From a virus (taxonomy: Duplodnaviria; Caudoviricetes), in the IMG/VR virus record IMGVR_UViG_3300035208_004923, positions 128,001 through 192,000 of that record: DNA of 64,000 nt, one strand, 5' to 3'. Each line of letters begins with the position of its first letter. Positions within the stretch are counted from its first letter, which is position 1. Below are positions 30,489-40,007 of this stretch, in pieces. A program made the position numbers and the translations under genes. A model generated the notes under the pieces. The model worked only from the letters and a program-made list of their open reading frames with translations, did no database searches and was not told the origin of the DNA.

Positions 30489-31217
30489 TTATAAGTTTCT
30501 TGCGTTTCCGATAGCATCACCATATGCTTTTGTCATCGGTAATAATTTTTCAATAGGTAAGTCGATTTGTAATGCACCTACTATCATATTAGGGTCGATA
30601 ATACATGCACCTAAAAATCTATGGTGACCGTCGATGATATAATTATCGCTACTTGTTATGAAAAATGTTTTCTTGTAGAATTCTGCAGATTTGTCGGCGC
30701 CAAATTTTGCAATTCCTTCAATAGATTTATCGAAGTAAATTTGCTGTTGTATTGGTTTAAGATCACCAACTTTAACTTTTTTCATTTGAACTTTAATTTT
30801 GTCATCGCTTGCAGATCCATCATTCAAACCATTTTTAAGCCATTCATCTGCCATTTTACCTTGCAACCCTTCTGGAAATGCATCTTCTGCTGATGCGTTA
30901 TTTCCACGGAATGGTGCGTGAACGTCAACAAATCCTTTAGATAATCTGTATTGTAACATCTTAACATCTGCGTCAGTAATAACTGGCATATCTTTTCTTT
31001 GAGTAAAACCAAGTTTTGCTAAATCTTGAGCGTATTTATAATTTTTATCAAAATCTGGAATTTCTTTATATGGATCCCATCCAATTGAATTTGCATATGC
31101 TAATGCAGATTTAAGTGTGGTGTGTACAAGTTCAAGTTTTCCAGCTTCTTGACCACCAGCTTCAAACATTTGTTGTTCAAAAATGTATTCATCTAATGTT
31201 GGTATTCTTTGCGCCAT
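30489..31217 (-). CDS. ParB/sulfiredoxin-like domain protein with N-terminal tag
   Basis: LKPIQQQI...IIDGHHRF; N-terminus MAQRIPTLDEYIFE. Confidence 0.7.
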   Translation of the reverse strand: MAQRIPTLDEYIFEQQMFEAGGQEAGKLELVHTTLKSALAYANSIGWDPYKEIPDFDKNYKYAQDLAKLGFTQRKDMPVITDADVKMLQYRLSKGFVDVHAPFRGNNASAEDAFPEGLQGKMADEWLKNGLNDGSASDDKIKVQMKKVKVGDLKPIQQQIYFDKSIEGIAKFGADKSAEFYKKTFFITSSDNYIIDGHHRFLGACIIDPNMIVGALQIDLPIEKLLPMTKAYGDAIGNARNL

Positions 31218-31232
31218 TGTTGTGTTATTATT

Positions 31233-31979
31233 TTAAAATTTATATTTGCCGTCTTTTAACGAATATGTATATTTATGAGCATCGGCTCTGTTGATAAATT
31301 CGCATGTGTATTTGCCAAATCTGGATTGCGGCGTTTTCCAGCCTTCTCCATAAAAATATTGAATGTATTCTGTTGTGCTAGATGGAACTGGTACATCGAA
31401 TCCTTTGAACGATACTGTATTTATTTTATCAGCATGTTTTTGGTCATACGTCATAACTTCCCATCCTGGCCATCTTAAAATACGTTTGCCATCTTTAAAT
31501 GGATATGAAACCATTAAATCACCAAACATACCTACAGTTGCACCGCCTGGACTTTTGAATGTTATTTTATTTCCGTCTTTATCTAAATCTTCTAGCCAAA
31601 CATAAAGCAATTCATGATAATCATCGTTCTCGTCAAACAATTTTTTAAATGATTGTTTTGAAGATGGTACTGCATAAAATGTTTTGTCTAAATCATCAAA
31701 AAAATCTTTATTTAATGTTTCGCCGAAAATTTGTAAATCTGTATCGTTGCGTATTAAATCGCCATCTCTAATAATTCCAAGTAATGTACCAAAATCAGCC
31801 ATGCACTTTACGCCATGTTTTTTGCAAATTGCAAGTTGTTTTTCTAAAAACTTGTATTTTGCTTCATTATACTTTTTATGAGTTTCGTCGTCAAGCTGTT
31901 TGTTTTTCTTTAACGTTGCTTCATACAAACGATCATAATCATTGCTGAATGCAACCCATGTAGGTATTCTATTTAACAT
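31233..31979 (-). CDS. licD: LicD-family phosphotransferase with N-terminal tag variant
   Basis: DFGTLLGIIRDG..I.NDTDL (DxD) and VPVP....YIQYFYG.GWKTP; N-terminus MLNRIPTWVAF...LYE. Confidence 0.78.
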   Translation of the reverse strand: MLNRIPTWVAFSNDYDRLYEATLKKNKQLDDETHKKYNEAKYKFLEKQLAICKKHGVKCMADFGTLLGIIRDGDLIRNDTDLQIFGETLNKDFFDDLDKTFYAVPSSKQSFKKLFDENDDYHELLYVWLEDLDKDGNKITFKSPGGATVGMFGDLMVSYPFKDGKRILRWPGWEVMTYDQKHADKINTVSFKGFDVPVPSSTTEYIQYFYGEGWKTPQSRFGKYTCEFINRADAHKYTYSLKDGKYKF

Positions 31980-32478
31980 TTATAAACCTTTTTTTAAATT
32001 CTTCTAAAGTCGGCAGTGTCCAATTCCAATCCCATATACAAATTGGGAAATGCTTATCGAAATTGTAGTATTCTTTATATCTTCGTATTTTCGATATATC
32101 TTTTCCAATTGGATATACATGAAAATGCCCAAATATGTTATATTCACAATTTGGGTAATCTTTTAAATCTATAGGTGTATGCGAATATGCAATGCCATCT
32201 AGTGTGTATGTTGTGTTATAAACTTCGTCAAATACTTCAAGATACTTTTCATTTTTTGCTGAATCGTGATTTCCTTTAACTAAAATCTTATATCCAGGTA
32301 ATGATTTAATTGTTTCTTTAACGTTGTCGAATTTACCTGCATGAACATCACCACAATGAATAACGATATCATTATTTGTTACTGAAGATTGCCATCCACT
32401 TATCTGTAAATTTGAATAATTTTCAGTTAAATATGCTGTTCCATTAAAGTGTGTGTCTGATGTTACGAATACGCTCAT
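31969..32478 (-). CDS. calcineurin-like metallophosphoesterase
   Basis: SDTHF, HCGD, KGNHD, SH.P, FGHFH; likely start MSVFV at 32478. Confidence 0.85.
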   Translation of the reverse strand: MSVFVTSDTHFNGTAYLTENYSNLQISGWQSSVTNNDIVIHCGDVHAGKFDNVKETIKSLPGYKILVKGNHDSAKNEKYLEVFDEVYNTTYTLDGIAYSHTPIDLKDYPNCEYNIFGHFHVYPIGKDISKIRRYKEYYNFDKHFPICIWDWNWTLPTLEEFKKRFINVK

Positions 32479-32530
32479 ATTAAATATATTTACAGTTATT
32501 GTAATATATATTCGTAACATTTATATGATT

Positions 32531-32875
32531 TTACATGCAATGTGCTCTATATTCTTCTATTATAATTTGACCATGGCAATAGTACTTGCCGCTTGTTGGA
32601 TTTTTCGGCATGCACCAGCATCCTAAAACTTTTCCTTCTAGTGTATGTAATTGTGATAAAAGGTATTCGTTAGACAATAAGTATTCTCTATATTTTTCAA
32701 TTGCTTCATCAACATTAGCAACTTTATATTTTGCTAATGTCCCTTCTTTATGCGAATACGGATTTCCCCATATTCCAACATCTCCGCATTTCAAACAACG
32801 GCCTCTTCCGATGTATACATCATAATCCGAATACCGTAAATTTATTACAGTTGGTTCGCTATTCTTGAACAGCAT
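32531..32875 (-). CDS. DUF4326-like protein
   Basis: YDVYIGR, WGNPY, LEGKVLGCWC.P, CHG. Confidence 0.8.
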   Translation of the reverse strand: MLFKNSEPTVINLRYSDYDVYIGRGRCLKCGDVGIWGNPYSHKEGTLAKYKVANVDEAIEKYREYLLSNEYLLSQLHTLEGKVLGCWCMPKNPTSGKYYCHGQIIIEEYRAHCM

Positions 32876-33614
32876 TATTAATTTCTTCTTGAGAAACATC
32901 TTTGATTTTTTTTGTAATATCGCGAATCACTGCGCATTTTTCGTAATCTTCCAATTCAGAAAAATATGTCATCATGTCAGATAATGTTTTTTTGACTTTA
33001 CCTGGCATAAATTTTATTACAACATCGCTATCTTCAAATAAAACAAGTTTGTTTATATCAATTCTTTTTCTATCCTTAATAGCATCAAACGCTCTTGTAT
33101 AAAACGTTGTTATGAACTCTGCTTCATTATCATCAATATCGCCTTCTTTATCTGGGTCAAACTGATATACAGTTTTTTCAGATTTAGTTGATTTGATTTT
33201 TTCTTTTAATTTATTCGATACTTTTTCAAATTCTTCTTGCGCATCAACATCATCATTCATAACTTGTTTATATAAGTATAATGCATTTTTTATTGACTTT
33301 ATTATACCTGCCTCCAGTTCTGGAATATCATATTTTCCATTTTCCGCAGTTGCAATTGGTGAGCCTTCGGGTAATTCACGGGCAGACATAATCAAAATGT
33401 TTCCGAAAACAGCAAATCTGAAGTACAAACTTCCAACAGAATTTAATTCACGTTCTTTTGACATATCAGTTGCAATAATAAAAGTGCCCATGTCAGCAAA
33501 CTTAATCGAATCTTCATCAGTTTCAAGTGAATTGGCAACACCTTTTATTGTGTACCGTTCGTTGTGCGGGTGCTCAACATTAAGATATCCATCTACCGTT
33601 ATTTTTACAGCCAT
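32859..33614 (-). CDS. hypothetical protein with C-terminal UVR-like motif
   Basis: EDYEKCAVIRD; class 2 motif at 33636-33659 upstream. Confidence 0.6.
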   Translation of the reverse strand: MAVKITVDGYLNVEHPHNERYTIKGVANSLETDEDSIKFADMGTFIIATDMSKERELNSVGSLYFRFAVFGNILIMSARELPEGSPIATAENGKYDIPELEAGIIKSIKNALYLYKQVMNDDVDAQEEFEKVSNKLKEKIKSTKSEKTVYQFDPDKEGDIDDNEAEFITTFYTRAFDAIKDRKRIDINKLVLFEDSDVVIKFMPGKVKKTLSDMMTYFSELEDYEKCAVIRDITKKIKDVSQEEINNAVQE

Positions 33615-33648
33615 ATATTATTTTTGTTTATTTTTATATTCAGAAGTA

Positions 33649-34740
33649 TTATTTAGTTTCTAAGTATAAAATGTAATTATTGAATTCATATAAGAATTTT
33701 GCAATATCTTCAATTGTTAAAGTTCCGATGTTAGAAATTCTAAATGTATTTGTATTCGATACTTTTCCTGGATATATTGTAATGCCTCTTTCCTTTAAAA
33801 AGTCATGCATATCATCAAATGAATATTTTGGATGTTCCAAATCAAAAAAACTTGTTATGATAACAGACGAATGCTCTTCTGGCGTATATTGTTTAACGCC
33901 AGCAACTTTCATGCCGTTAATCAACAACGTTCTATTATTTTTATAACGATTATGTCTACCGCCAACAGTTTCACTTGTTAATTCCTTTATTGCTTGATAA
34001 AAAGCATATATTGTTTGAACAGGTGGTGTAAATCTTAATTGCAAATTTTTCTGCATGTAATCCCATTGGTCGTATACATCAAAATAACAAGTTCTTGCTT
34101 GACCTTTTAGTTCCATTAATTTTTCTCGTCTAGCAATTATAAATCCAATGCCTGCAAATCCTTGTATGCATTTATTTGAACTTCCTATTAAAAAATCAAC
34201 ATTACTTTTTGTCATTTCTATTTCATATGCACCAACAGTACTCATTGCATCAATAATAAATGTCTTGTTATTTTCTTTACATAAATTTCCTATAAAGTCA
34301 ATATCATTTAGTATTCCTGTTGTCGTTTCGCAATGAACTGTATACACATGTGTTATATCCGGATTCGTTTCAATTAATTTAGATATCATTTCATAATTTA
34401 AAACTTTATCGCCACAGTCAATTTCAAACAAACGTATAGCGTATCTTTTTGCAATTTCTGCTGCTCGTCTACCGTATGCACCGTTTGTAATAACTAGTAG
34501 AAATGAATCTTTCGGCAAAGATGATATCATCGCTTCTATTGCACCGGTACCTGATGAACCAAATAAAATTGATTCATATCGTAAATGGTCAGTTGCAACA
34601 AATGTTGGCAAATGTACCATTATTGCATTCATGATACCACCAAATTCACGTTCTCGTGGACAAATATCGTCAACAATTTGTGCTTGCTTTACGCTTTCTG
34701 ACGTATTTGCAGGCCCAGGATTTAAAAGAATTTGTTTCAT
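33649..34740 (-). CDS. aepZ: 2-aminoethylphosphonate transaminase (AepZ/PhnW family, PLP)
   Basis: LLNPGP, SGTGAIE, NGAYG, HCETTTG, DAMS, SSNKC (PLP Lys), RFTPP, IYPGK. Confidence 0.92.
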   Translation of the reverse strand: MKQILLNPGPANTSESVKQAQIVDDICPREREFGGIMNAIMVHLPTFVATDHLRYESILFGSSGTGAIEAMISSLPKDSFLLVITNGAYGRRAAEIAKRYAIRLFEIDCGDKVLNYEMISKLIETNPDITHVYTVHCETTTGILNDIDFIGNLCKENNKTFIIDAMSTVGAYEIEMTKSNVDFLIGSSNKCIQGFAGIGFIIARREKLMELKGQARTCYFDVYDQWDYMQKNLQLRFTPPVQTIYAFYQAIKELTSETVGGRHNRYKNNRTLLINGMKVAGVKQYTPEEHSSVIITSFFDLEHPKYSFDDMHDFLKERGITIYPGKVSNTNTFRISNIGTLTIEDIAKFLYEFNNYILYLETK

Positions 34741-35462
34741 TATAAGATATTGTATAAAAGTGGGAATACTCTATTAACTGCTTTATAGTAATGAATAAGA
34801 TCATCGATTTCACACCATACATAATCAGTTTTCTCTAAATTGAATTGTACGCCATATTTTTTAGTTGCTTTAACTAAAACATGTTCATATTCAATTCTTG
34901 GATTATTTTTTAAGATATCTTCAGCGAATGGTAACAATACATTATTAACAGTATTTGCTGAAATGTGAGAAATTCCTAAAAATGAATGCTCGTGATTTTC
35001 CAAATCAGATGTTAATTTCGATACATTACTCATGCAATTGTTGAAAGATTCAACATAAACTTCATCATGATCTTTTGTTATGAATGATGTTACAATAATG
35101 TCTTTGTCGTTACCTATATGGTCAAGAATCTTTGCATCATATAAAATATCACTTTCAACAATCGTACATGCACCTTTCACTTCTTTCAAACCTACATACA
35201 AAGAATATCCGCTTCCACTGTCAACGTAATTGCCATTATGAATTGTTGACACTTCTTTATATCCTTTGGCAAATTTTTCGTAGTATTCAGATTTATGTCC
35301 TGTTACAATTAATATCTTTTCATAACCTTTTTTCAATAAATTTTCAACGGACATTTCAATCAATGATTTTCCGCAGATTCTTAAAAAGCCTTTTGGCATA
35401 GTTTCAGTTAGTAAACCGACCCTGCTTCCAAGACCTGCTGCTAGTATGATTGCTGTTTTCAT
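34740..35462 (-). CDS. phosphonate/phosphocholine cytidylyltransferase (PntC/LicC-like)
   Basis: ILAAGLGSR, MPK, GSGYSL, ESDILY, WCEIDD; located in AEP cluster. Confidence 0.85.
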   Translation of the reverse strand: MKTAIILAAGLGSRVGLLTETMPKGFLRICGKSLIEMSVENLLKKGYEKILIVTGHKSEYYEKFAKGYKEVSTIHNGNYVDSGSGYSLYVGLKEVKGACTIVESDILYDAKILDHIGNDKDIIVTSFITKDHDEVYVESFNNCMSNVSKLTSDLENHEHSFLGISHISANTVNNVLLPFAEDILKNNPRIEYEHVLVKATKKYGVQFNLEKTDYVWCEIDDLIHYYKAVNRVFPLLYNIL

Positions 35463-35467
35463 TATTT

Positions 35468-36601
35468 TTATTTTTTTAAAAATTTCATTAATCGTTTCTT
35501 AACTTGTACTGGTGTAACTGCTGGTCGACCTAAAGGATCTTTTGAACCAGGAACTGTTGGCACAACAATTAGCTTCAATGTTCTTTCTTTATCTTTTTTC
35601 CAATTAGTTAATGCATTTTCTAATTGGCCGTATGATCTAACAATAGCATTTTGGTAATTCATAGAAGACGCTAGTTTATTCCATGATACGTTATTCGATA
35701 ATGTAGCTTGTCCGCCTGTTGTGTCGTGAACATTATTATCAAGTAATATATGTAGCATGTTTGATGGCGCATATTCTGCAATCAATGGAAGAACACTTAA
35801 ACGCATTAATGCAGCACCGTCTCCATCAATGACATATACTTTTTTATCTGTATTCAACGCAACACCTAAGCCAATTGCACCAGCGCAACCCATCGAACCG
35901 ACCATATACAAGTTATTTTTCTTATCTTTTATATCATACAATTCTCTGCCTGTCATTCCTGTTGTTGCGATATAAACAGCATCTTTGTCAATTGTTGAAA
36001 TTGATTTAAGTACCTCATATCGAGTCATGTCCATAACTTCTTGATTCAATGTATTTGCAAAGCCAATTGGCGCAACATCTTTTAATGTTTTTTGCTTTGG
36101 AATTAACTTAACAGAATTAAAAGTATCTTTTTCAACAAGAATAAAATATGGCATATTAGTTTTTGCCATTATTGCTTTTGCTTCTGCTATCTGTTGTTTT
36201 GCAATTTCATCATCTTTCGATAAAACAACGGATTTCATTTTCATTGTTTTTATCAATTTTGCAGTAATCACGCCCATTAATTCATGTTGAGGTTCAGTGT
36301 CAGAACCGGTTCGCATACTAACAAAAACCAATGATGGAATTTTGAATATGTAATTTAATGAAGTAAGTGGGGAAACTGCATTTCCGAATCCGGAATTTTG
36401 CATCATGACAACTGTATTTCGACCTGCTATGTGTGCGCCTGCAGCTATTGCAATTGCATCACCTTCATTTGCTGCATTGTAATATTCACAATCATTTTGC
36501 GCATAATTAATTAAACTTTTCATCCAAGAGCAAGGAACTCCTGTAAAAAAATCAAATCCTTCTTGTTTTAAAAAATCTCCAAATTTTTGTGTGTCTACCA
36601 T
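35468..36601 (-). CDS. ppd: phosphonopyruvate decarboxylase
   Basis: GVPCS, ANEGDA, MQNSGFGNAVSPL, EPQHELMG, GSMG, DGDGA...NN (TPP binding), TGGQ. Confidence 0.93.
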   Translation of the reverse strand: MVDTQKFGDFLKQEGFDFFTGVPCSWMKSLINYAQNDCEYYNAANEGDAIAIAAGAHIAGRNTVVMMQNSGFGNAVSPLTSLNYIFKIPSLVFVSMRTGSDTEPQHELMGVITAKLIKTMKMKSVVLSKDDEIAKQQIAEAKAIMAKTNMPYFILVEKDTFNSVKLIPKQKTLKDVAPIGFANTLNQEVMDMTRYEVLKSISTIDKDAVYIATTGMTGRELYDIKDKKNNLYMVGSMGCAGAIGLGVALNTDKKVYVIDGDGAALMRLSVLPLIAEYAPSNMLHILLDNNVHDTTGGQATLSNNVSWNKLASSMNYQNAIVRSYGQLENALTNWKKDKERTLKLIVVPTVPGSKDPLGRPAVTPVQVKKRLMKFLKK

Positions 36602-36615
36602 ATTATGTATTTTAA

Positions 36616-37911
36616 TTATTTTGTTCCTGGTATTAATTCAAGTATATCATTTATACTCATGCATAATGTTTTATCAACATTTTCTGATTTGCCGTCTAAA
36701 AGAATTCCTTTTGCTGTTTTTAGCATTGCTGGATATGCAGAACGTAATAAATGATTTGCATAAATCACTATATTAGCACCAGCTTTTTCAAATTCATCAA
36801 TATGAATTTTATTGAAACTAGAAGGAACTACAACGATAGGTGTTTGTTTATCGAATTCTCTAAATCTTTTAATAAATTCAAATATTTCTACACCGTCTTT
36901 ATTTCTTGAATGTATCATGATAGCATCAGCACCTGCGTTAACATAAGCAAACGAACGTTCTAGTGCATCTTCTAATCCTTTTTCTAAAATTAAACTTTCG
37001 CATCTAGCAATGATCATAAAGTTTTTTGTTATCTGCGCAGCTTTACCCATTTTTATTTTATGACAGAAGTCACAAATACAATCCTGCGACTGGTCAACAT
37101 CATTTCCAAATAATGAATTTTTCTTCAAACCAGTTTTATCTTCAATTATTGCAGCAGATACGCCAACACGTTCTAAACTTCGAACTGTAAATTGAAAATG
37201 TTCAGGTTTACCGCCTGTATCGGCATCATATATCATCGGTTTTGTTGTTACCTCAAATATTTCATTTATTGTTGTAAGACGAGCAGTTGTATCAACAGCT
37301 TCAATATCAGGTTTGCCTTTCGATGTAGAATCGGTCAAAGAACTTGACCACATGCCATCAAACTGCGTGTTATCAATTTTTGTGTGTTCGACAATTAATC
37401 CGCTTAAAGCATTATGAACTTCAAGTATTCTTAGAATTTTCTTTTCACGCAATAATCTTCGCAATGAATTACTTCTAACTGTTGATGTTATACCTAATGC
37501 AGTTACTTGTTCTTTTATATTGATACTGTTGATTTCTTTTGAATATTCTGGCTCAATTAATTCGCCATGAATTTCTAATATGTAATCTAATACTTCATCT
37601 CTATATTTCTTCAGGTGATTTGTTTTCCAATCAGTTCCATGAACAACTATAGTAGCACCAATTTTTTTTAAATTTGGTAGGCATGATGCAGATTCTTGTG
37701 GAATAATTTCAGACACGCACCCAATTGCGGCAATTGCAATTCTTCTATTTTCATATGATAAATAAGGAACGTCGTTTATTTCCCTACATGCATCTTCAGT
37801 TAGTAATCCTACAATTACTTTGCCATGTTTACTTGCTTCTGTTAAAATTGATACATGACCTGCGTGTATCAAATCAGCAATCATGCTAACATAAACTATT
37901 GTTTCATTCAT
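36616..37911 (-). CDS. pepM: phosphoenolpyruvate mutase with N-terminal cytidylyltransferase domain
   Basis: Diagnostic EDKTGLKKNS (EDKxxxxxNS), DADTG, IARCES; N-terminal DLIHAGH. Confidence 0.95.
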   Translation of the reverse strand: MNETIVYVSMIADLIHAGHVSILTEASKHGKVIVGLLTEDACREINDVPYLSYENRRIAIAAIGCVSEIIPQESASCLPNLKKIGATIVVHGTDWKTNHLKKYRDEVLDYILEIHGELIEPEYSKEINSINIKEQVTALGITSTVRSNSLRRLLREKKILRILEVHNALSGLIVEHTKIDNTQFDGMWSSSLTDSTSKGKPDIEAVDTTARLTTINEIFEVTTKPMIYDADTGGKPEHFQFTVRSLERVGVSAAIIEDKTGLKKNSLFGNDVDQSQDCICDFCHKIKMGKAAQITKNFMIIARCESLILEKGLEDALERSFAYVNAGADAIMIHSRNKDGVEIFEFIKRFREFDKQTPIVVVPSSFNKIHIDEFEKAGANIVIYANHLLRSAYPAMLKTAKGILLDGKSENVDKTLCMSINDILELIPGTK

Positions 37912-37934
37912 TTGTTTTTGTATAAAGTGTAAAT

Positions 37935-37981
37935 AAAAATTAGCATAATTTTTTAGATTATGCTAATTTTATTATATATTC
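37935..37981 (-). promoter_or_regulatory. hairpin plus class 3 motif GAATATATAA upstream of the phosphonate operon
   Basis: AAAATTAGCATAAT/ATTATGCTAATTTT inverted repeat; motif at 37972-37981. Confidence 0.5.
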
Positions 37982-39844
37982 TTATTTTAATTCGCATCCG
38001 CCAGATCCGCATGCCAATTCTCCAGATAAATCTGTTTCATCAGTGCCTTCGTGAATTTGCGTAACGTCAACAAATTTCAAATGTTGAATTCTTCTGTTAT
38101 ATTCTTCTTCTGTAATTTCTTCAAACGGTGCTTGAATGTATGTTCCTCCGTCATACGGAAGTACTGATAAACCATTATAGTATTTTCTGTTTTCCCACAT
38201 CCATTCGCCTACTGCTTCCCATTCGTTTTCTTTTATGAAAACTGTTGCAGATACGTTGTTGTAATTTTCACCTTTTCGGTGACCGCCATATACCCATTTA
38301 GTATTGAACTTTTTGATTCGATTTAAGAATGCAAATATTGATTCATCACGAGTTATTGCATCAGAAGGCGATTTTTGTGGCACTTCAATAATTCCAGTGT
38401 CATGTGGTCTGAAGTAATCATCAACCACAAGTTCAGGATGATTTGCTGCTAAGAATTTGTAAAGTGTTTCGTTTTTACCAATTCGCATTCTTCGAATGTA
38501 ATATTTTGCAAACCAAGCGTGAATACCTGATGATGTACCAAGAACAAGCGAACTAGTACCTGCAGGTTTTACGGTTGTTGTTCTTGCCGCTTTACTAATT
38601 TTCAATAAATCAGCAGCACGTGCGTTTTCTTCTTTAACCGCTTTTGCAGCATCTTTCATATCGAGATTCAATATTCCTTGTGAAGCAATACCTGTCATAC
38701 CTACACCAACAAGTGCATCTTTTTCAGTTGTTCGTTGCCAAATTGAACGTAAGTAATGGAATTCTGTATAACTTGCTTGTAACGTTCCAATGAAAGATGC
38801 AGCTCTACAACGTGCATTCAATTCTTCTTGGTCATATACATTTGATACGTTTACTTCTGTTAGATTGCAAAATTGAAATGGCTTTAATGCAATTTCACCG
38901 CAAGGATTTGTTCCCCAATCTTTATCATTTGAAAAAATAAATCCTGGTTCGCCAGCACCCGATGCTTGAATTTTTTTGAACAAATCAACAAAGAATTCTT
39001 TGCTAATTTTATGTCTCATTAGTAATGCTGAATTGTTTGCTCGTCCTCTTTGTGGGTTACGTTCCCACCAATCTCCAAATTTACAAGTTAACATTGTTTC
39101 ATCATCAGCAGAGAATAAAGAAATTAATGCAGCTCTACGAATACCGCCTGCCAATACGGCATCAGCAATGTAACAAACAATGTCATGAACTTCTAATGTT
39201 GTTAATGAATCGCCTGTATTTTTTTGGTCAAAAATCCCCTTTACTTTAATGATACATTCCTTCAAAGGTTGTGGTCCTGGTGCTTTTCCACCTGATGTTA
39301 CAAGTTGTGCACCTTTTTGTCGAATATCTGCAAAGTCAAAATTGATTGTTGAACCGCCAAAGAAATATGATTTCATTAAAACTTTTATTGCATCAGCCCA
39401 TCCTTCAATTGAATCACCGATTAAGTATCGTCTGTTTCTGTCAGGATTTGGTTTATTTATGAGCGGCAATTTTTCAACGTGATGACGTTGTACTGAATAA
39501 CCAATGCCCGTGCCTCCTAATAAAAGAAACATAATTTCGGAAAATGCACGCCAATCATCAATAGGTAAATAACCGCAGTTATAAATTCTATTAGGCGATA
39601 TTTCAATAGGTTTACCGCTAAATTGCATACTTCTCATTGACGGCAATACTTTCTTATCGTACACGTATTTATACGCAGCATTAATGTCTGCTTTTAGGTG
39701 TGGATATTTTTTGATATGCATTGCCTTGTTTCTTGTAACAAGTTCATCCCATGTTTCTCTTCTACCAAGATCCTTGTCAAATCTTGCGTATTTTGTAAAA
39801 ATTGTTAAGTCGCTTAACGTTTTAATGTCTAAATTTTCTTCCAT
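37982..39844 (-). CDS. nrdJ: class II (adenosylcobalamin-dependent) ribonucleotide reductase
   Basis: KYAR, RETW, PSMR, YNC, GGIRRAA, TNPCGEI, VKPAGTSS, C-terminal ACGSGGCE. Confidence 0.92.
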   Translation of the reverse strand: MEENLDIKTLSDLTIFTKYARFDKDLGRRETWDELVTRNKAMHIKKYPHLKADINAAYKYVYDKKVLPSMRSMQFSGKPIEISPNRIYNCGYLPIDDWRAFSEIMFLLLGGTGIGYSVQRHHVEKLPLINKPNPDRNRRYLIGDSIEGWADAIKVLMKSYFFGGSTINFDFADIRQKGAQLVTSGGKAPGPQPLKECIIKVKGIFDQKNTGDSLTTLEVHDIVCYIADAVLAGGIRRAALISLFSADDETMLTCKFGDWWERNPQRGRANNSALLMRHKISKEFFVDLFKKIQASGAGEPGFIFSNDKDWGTNPCGEIALKPFQFCNLTEVNVSNVYDQEELNARCRAASFIGTLQASYTEFHYLRSIWQRTTEKDALVGVGMTGIASQGILNLDMKDAAKAVKEENARAADLLKISKAARTTTVKPAGTSSLVLGTSSGIHAWFAKYYIRRMRIGKNETLYKFLAANHPELVVDDYFRPHDTGIIEVPQKSPSDAITRDESIFAFLNRIKKFNTKWVYGGHRKGENYNNVSATVFIKENEWEAVGEWMWENRKYYNGLSVLPYDGGTYIQAPFEEITEEEYNRRIQHLKFVDVTQIHEGTDETDLSGELACGSGGCELK

Positions 39845-40007
39845 TTTCAAATTATGTTAAAATTAAAAAGCGGAATACACAAGGTTCCTTGCCAAAGAAC
39901 ATTATGTATCCGCTTGTGTTATTTTGTGTATGTAAAATTCATATTTAATGATTGATATTAATATATATTCATTACGAATAATGTTTTTATTAAAAAAAAG
40001 CTTATTT

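Noticed and set aside
33649-34740. Phosphonate catabolism (phnW-phnX) for phosphorus scavenging
   Set aside because: No phosphonatase or transporter is in the window; the gene is in an operon with pepM and ppd, which indicates biosynthesis.
33649-37911. Direct evidence that the phosphonate modifies DNA bases
   Set aside because: No hydroxymethylpyrimidine synthase, base kinase or other recognisable hypermodification gene is in the window, so DNA remains only one possible target.
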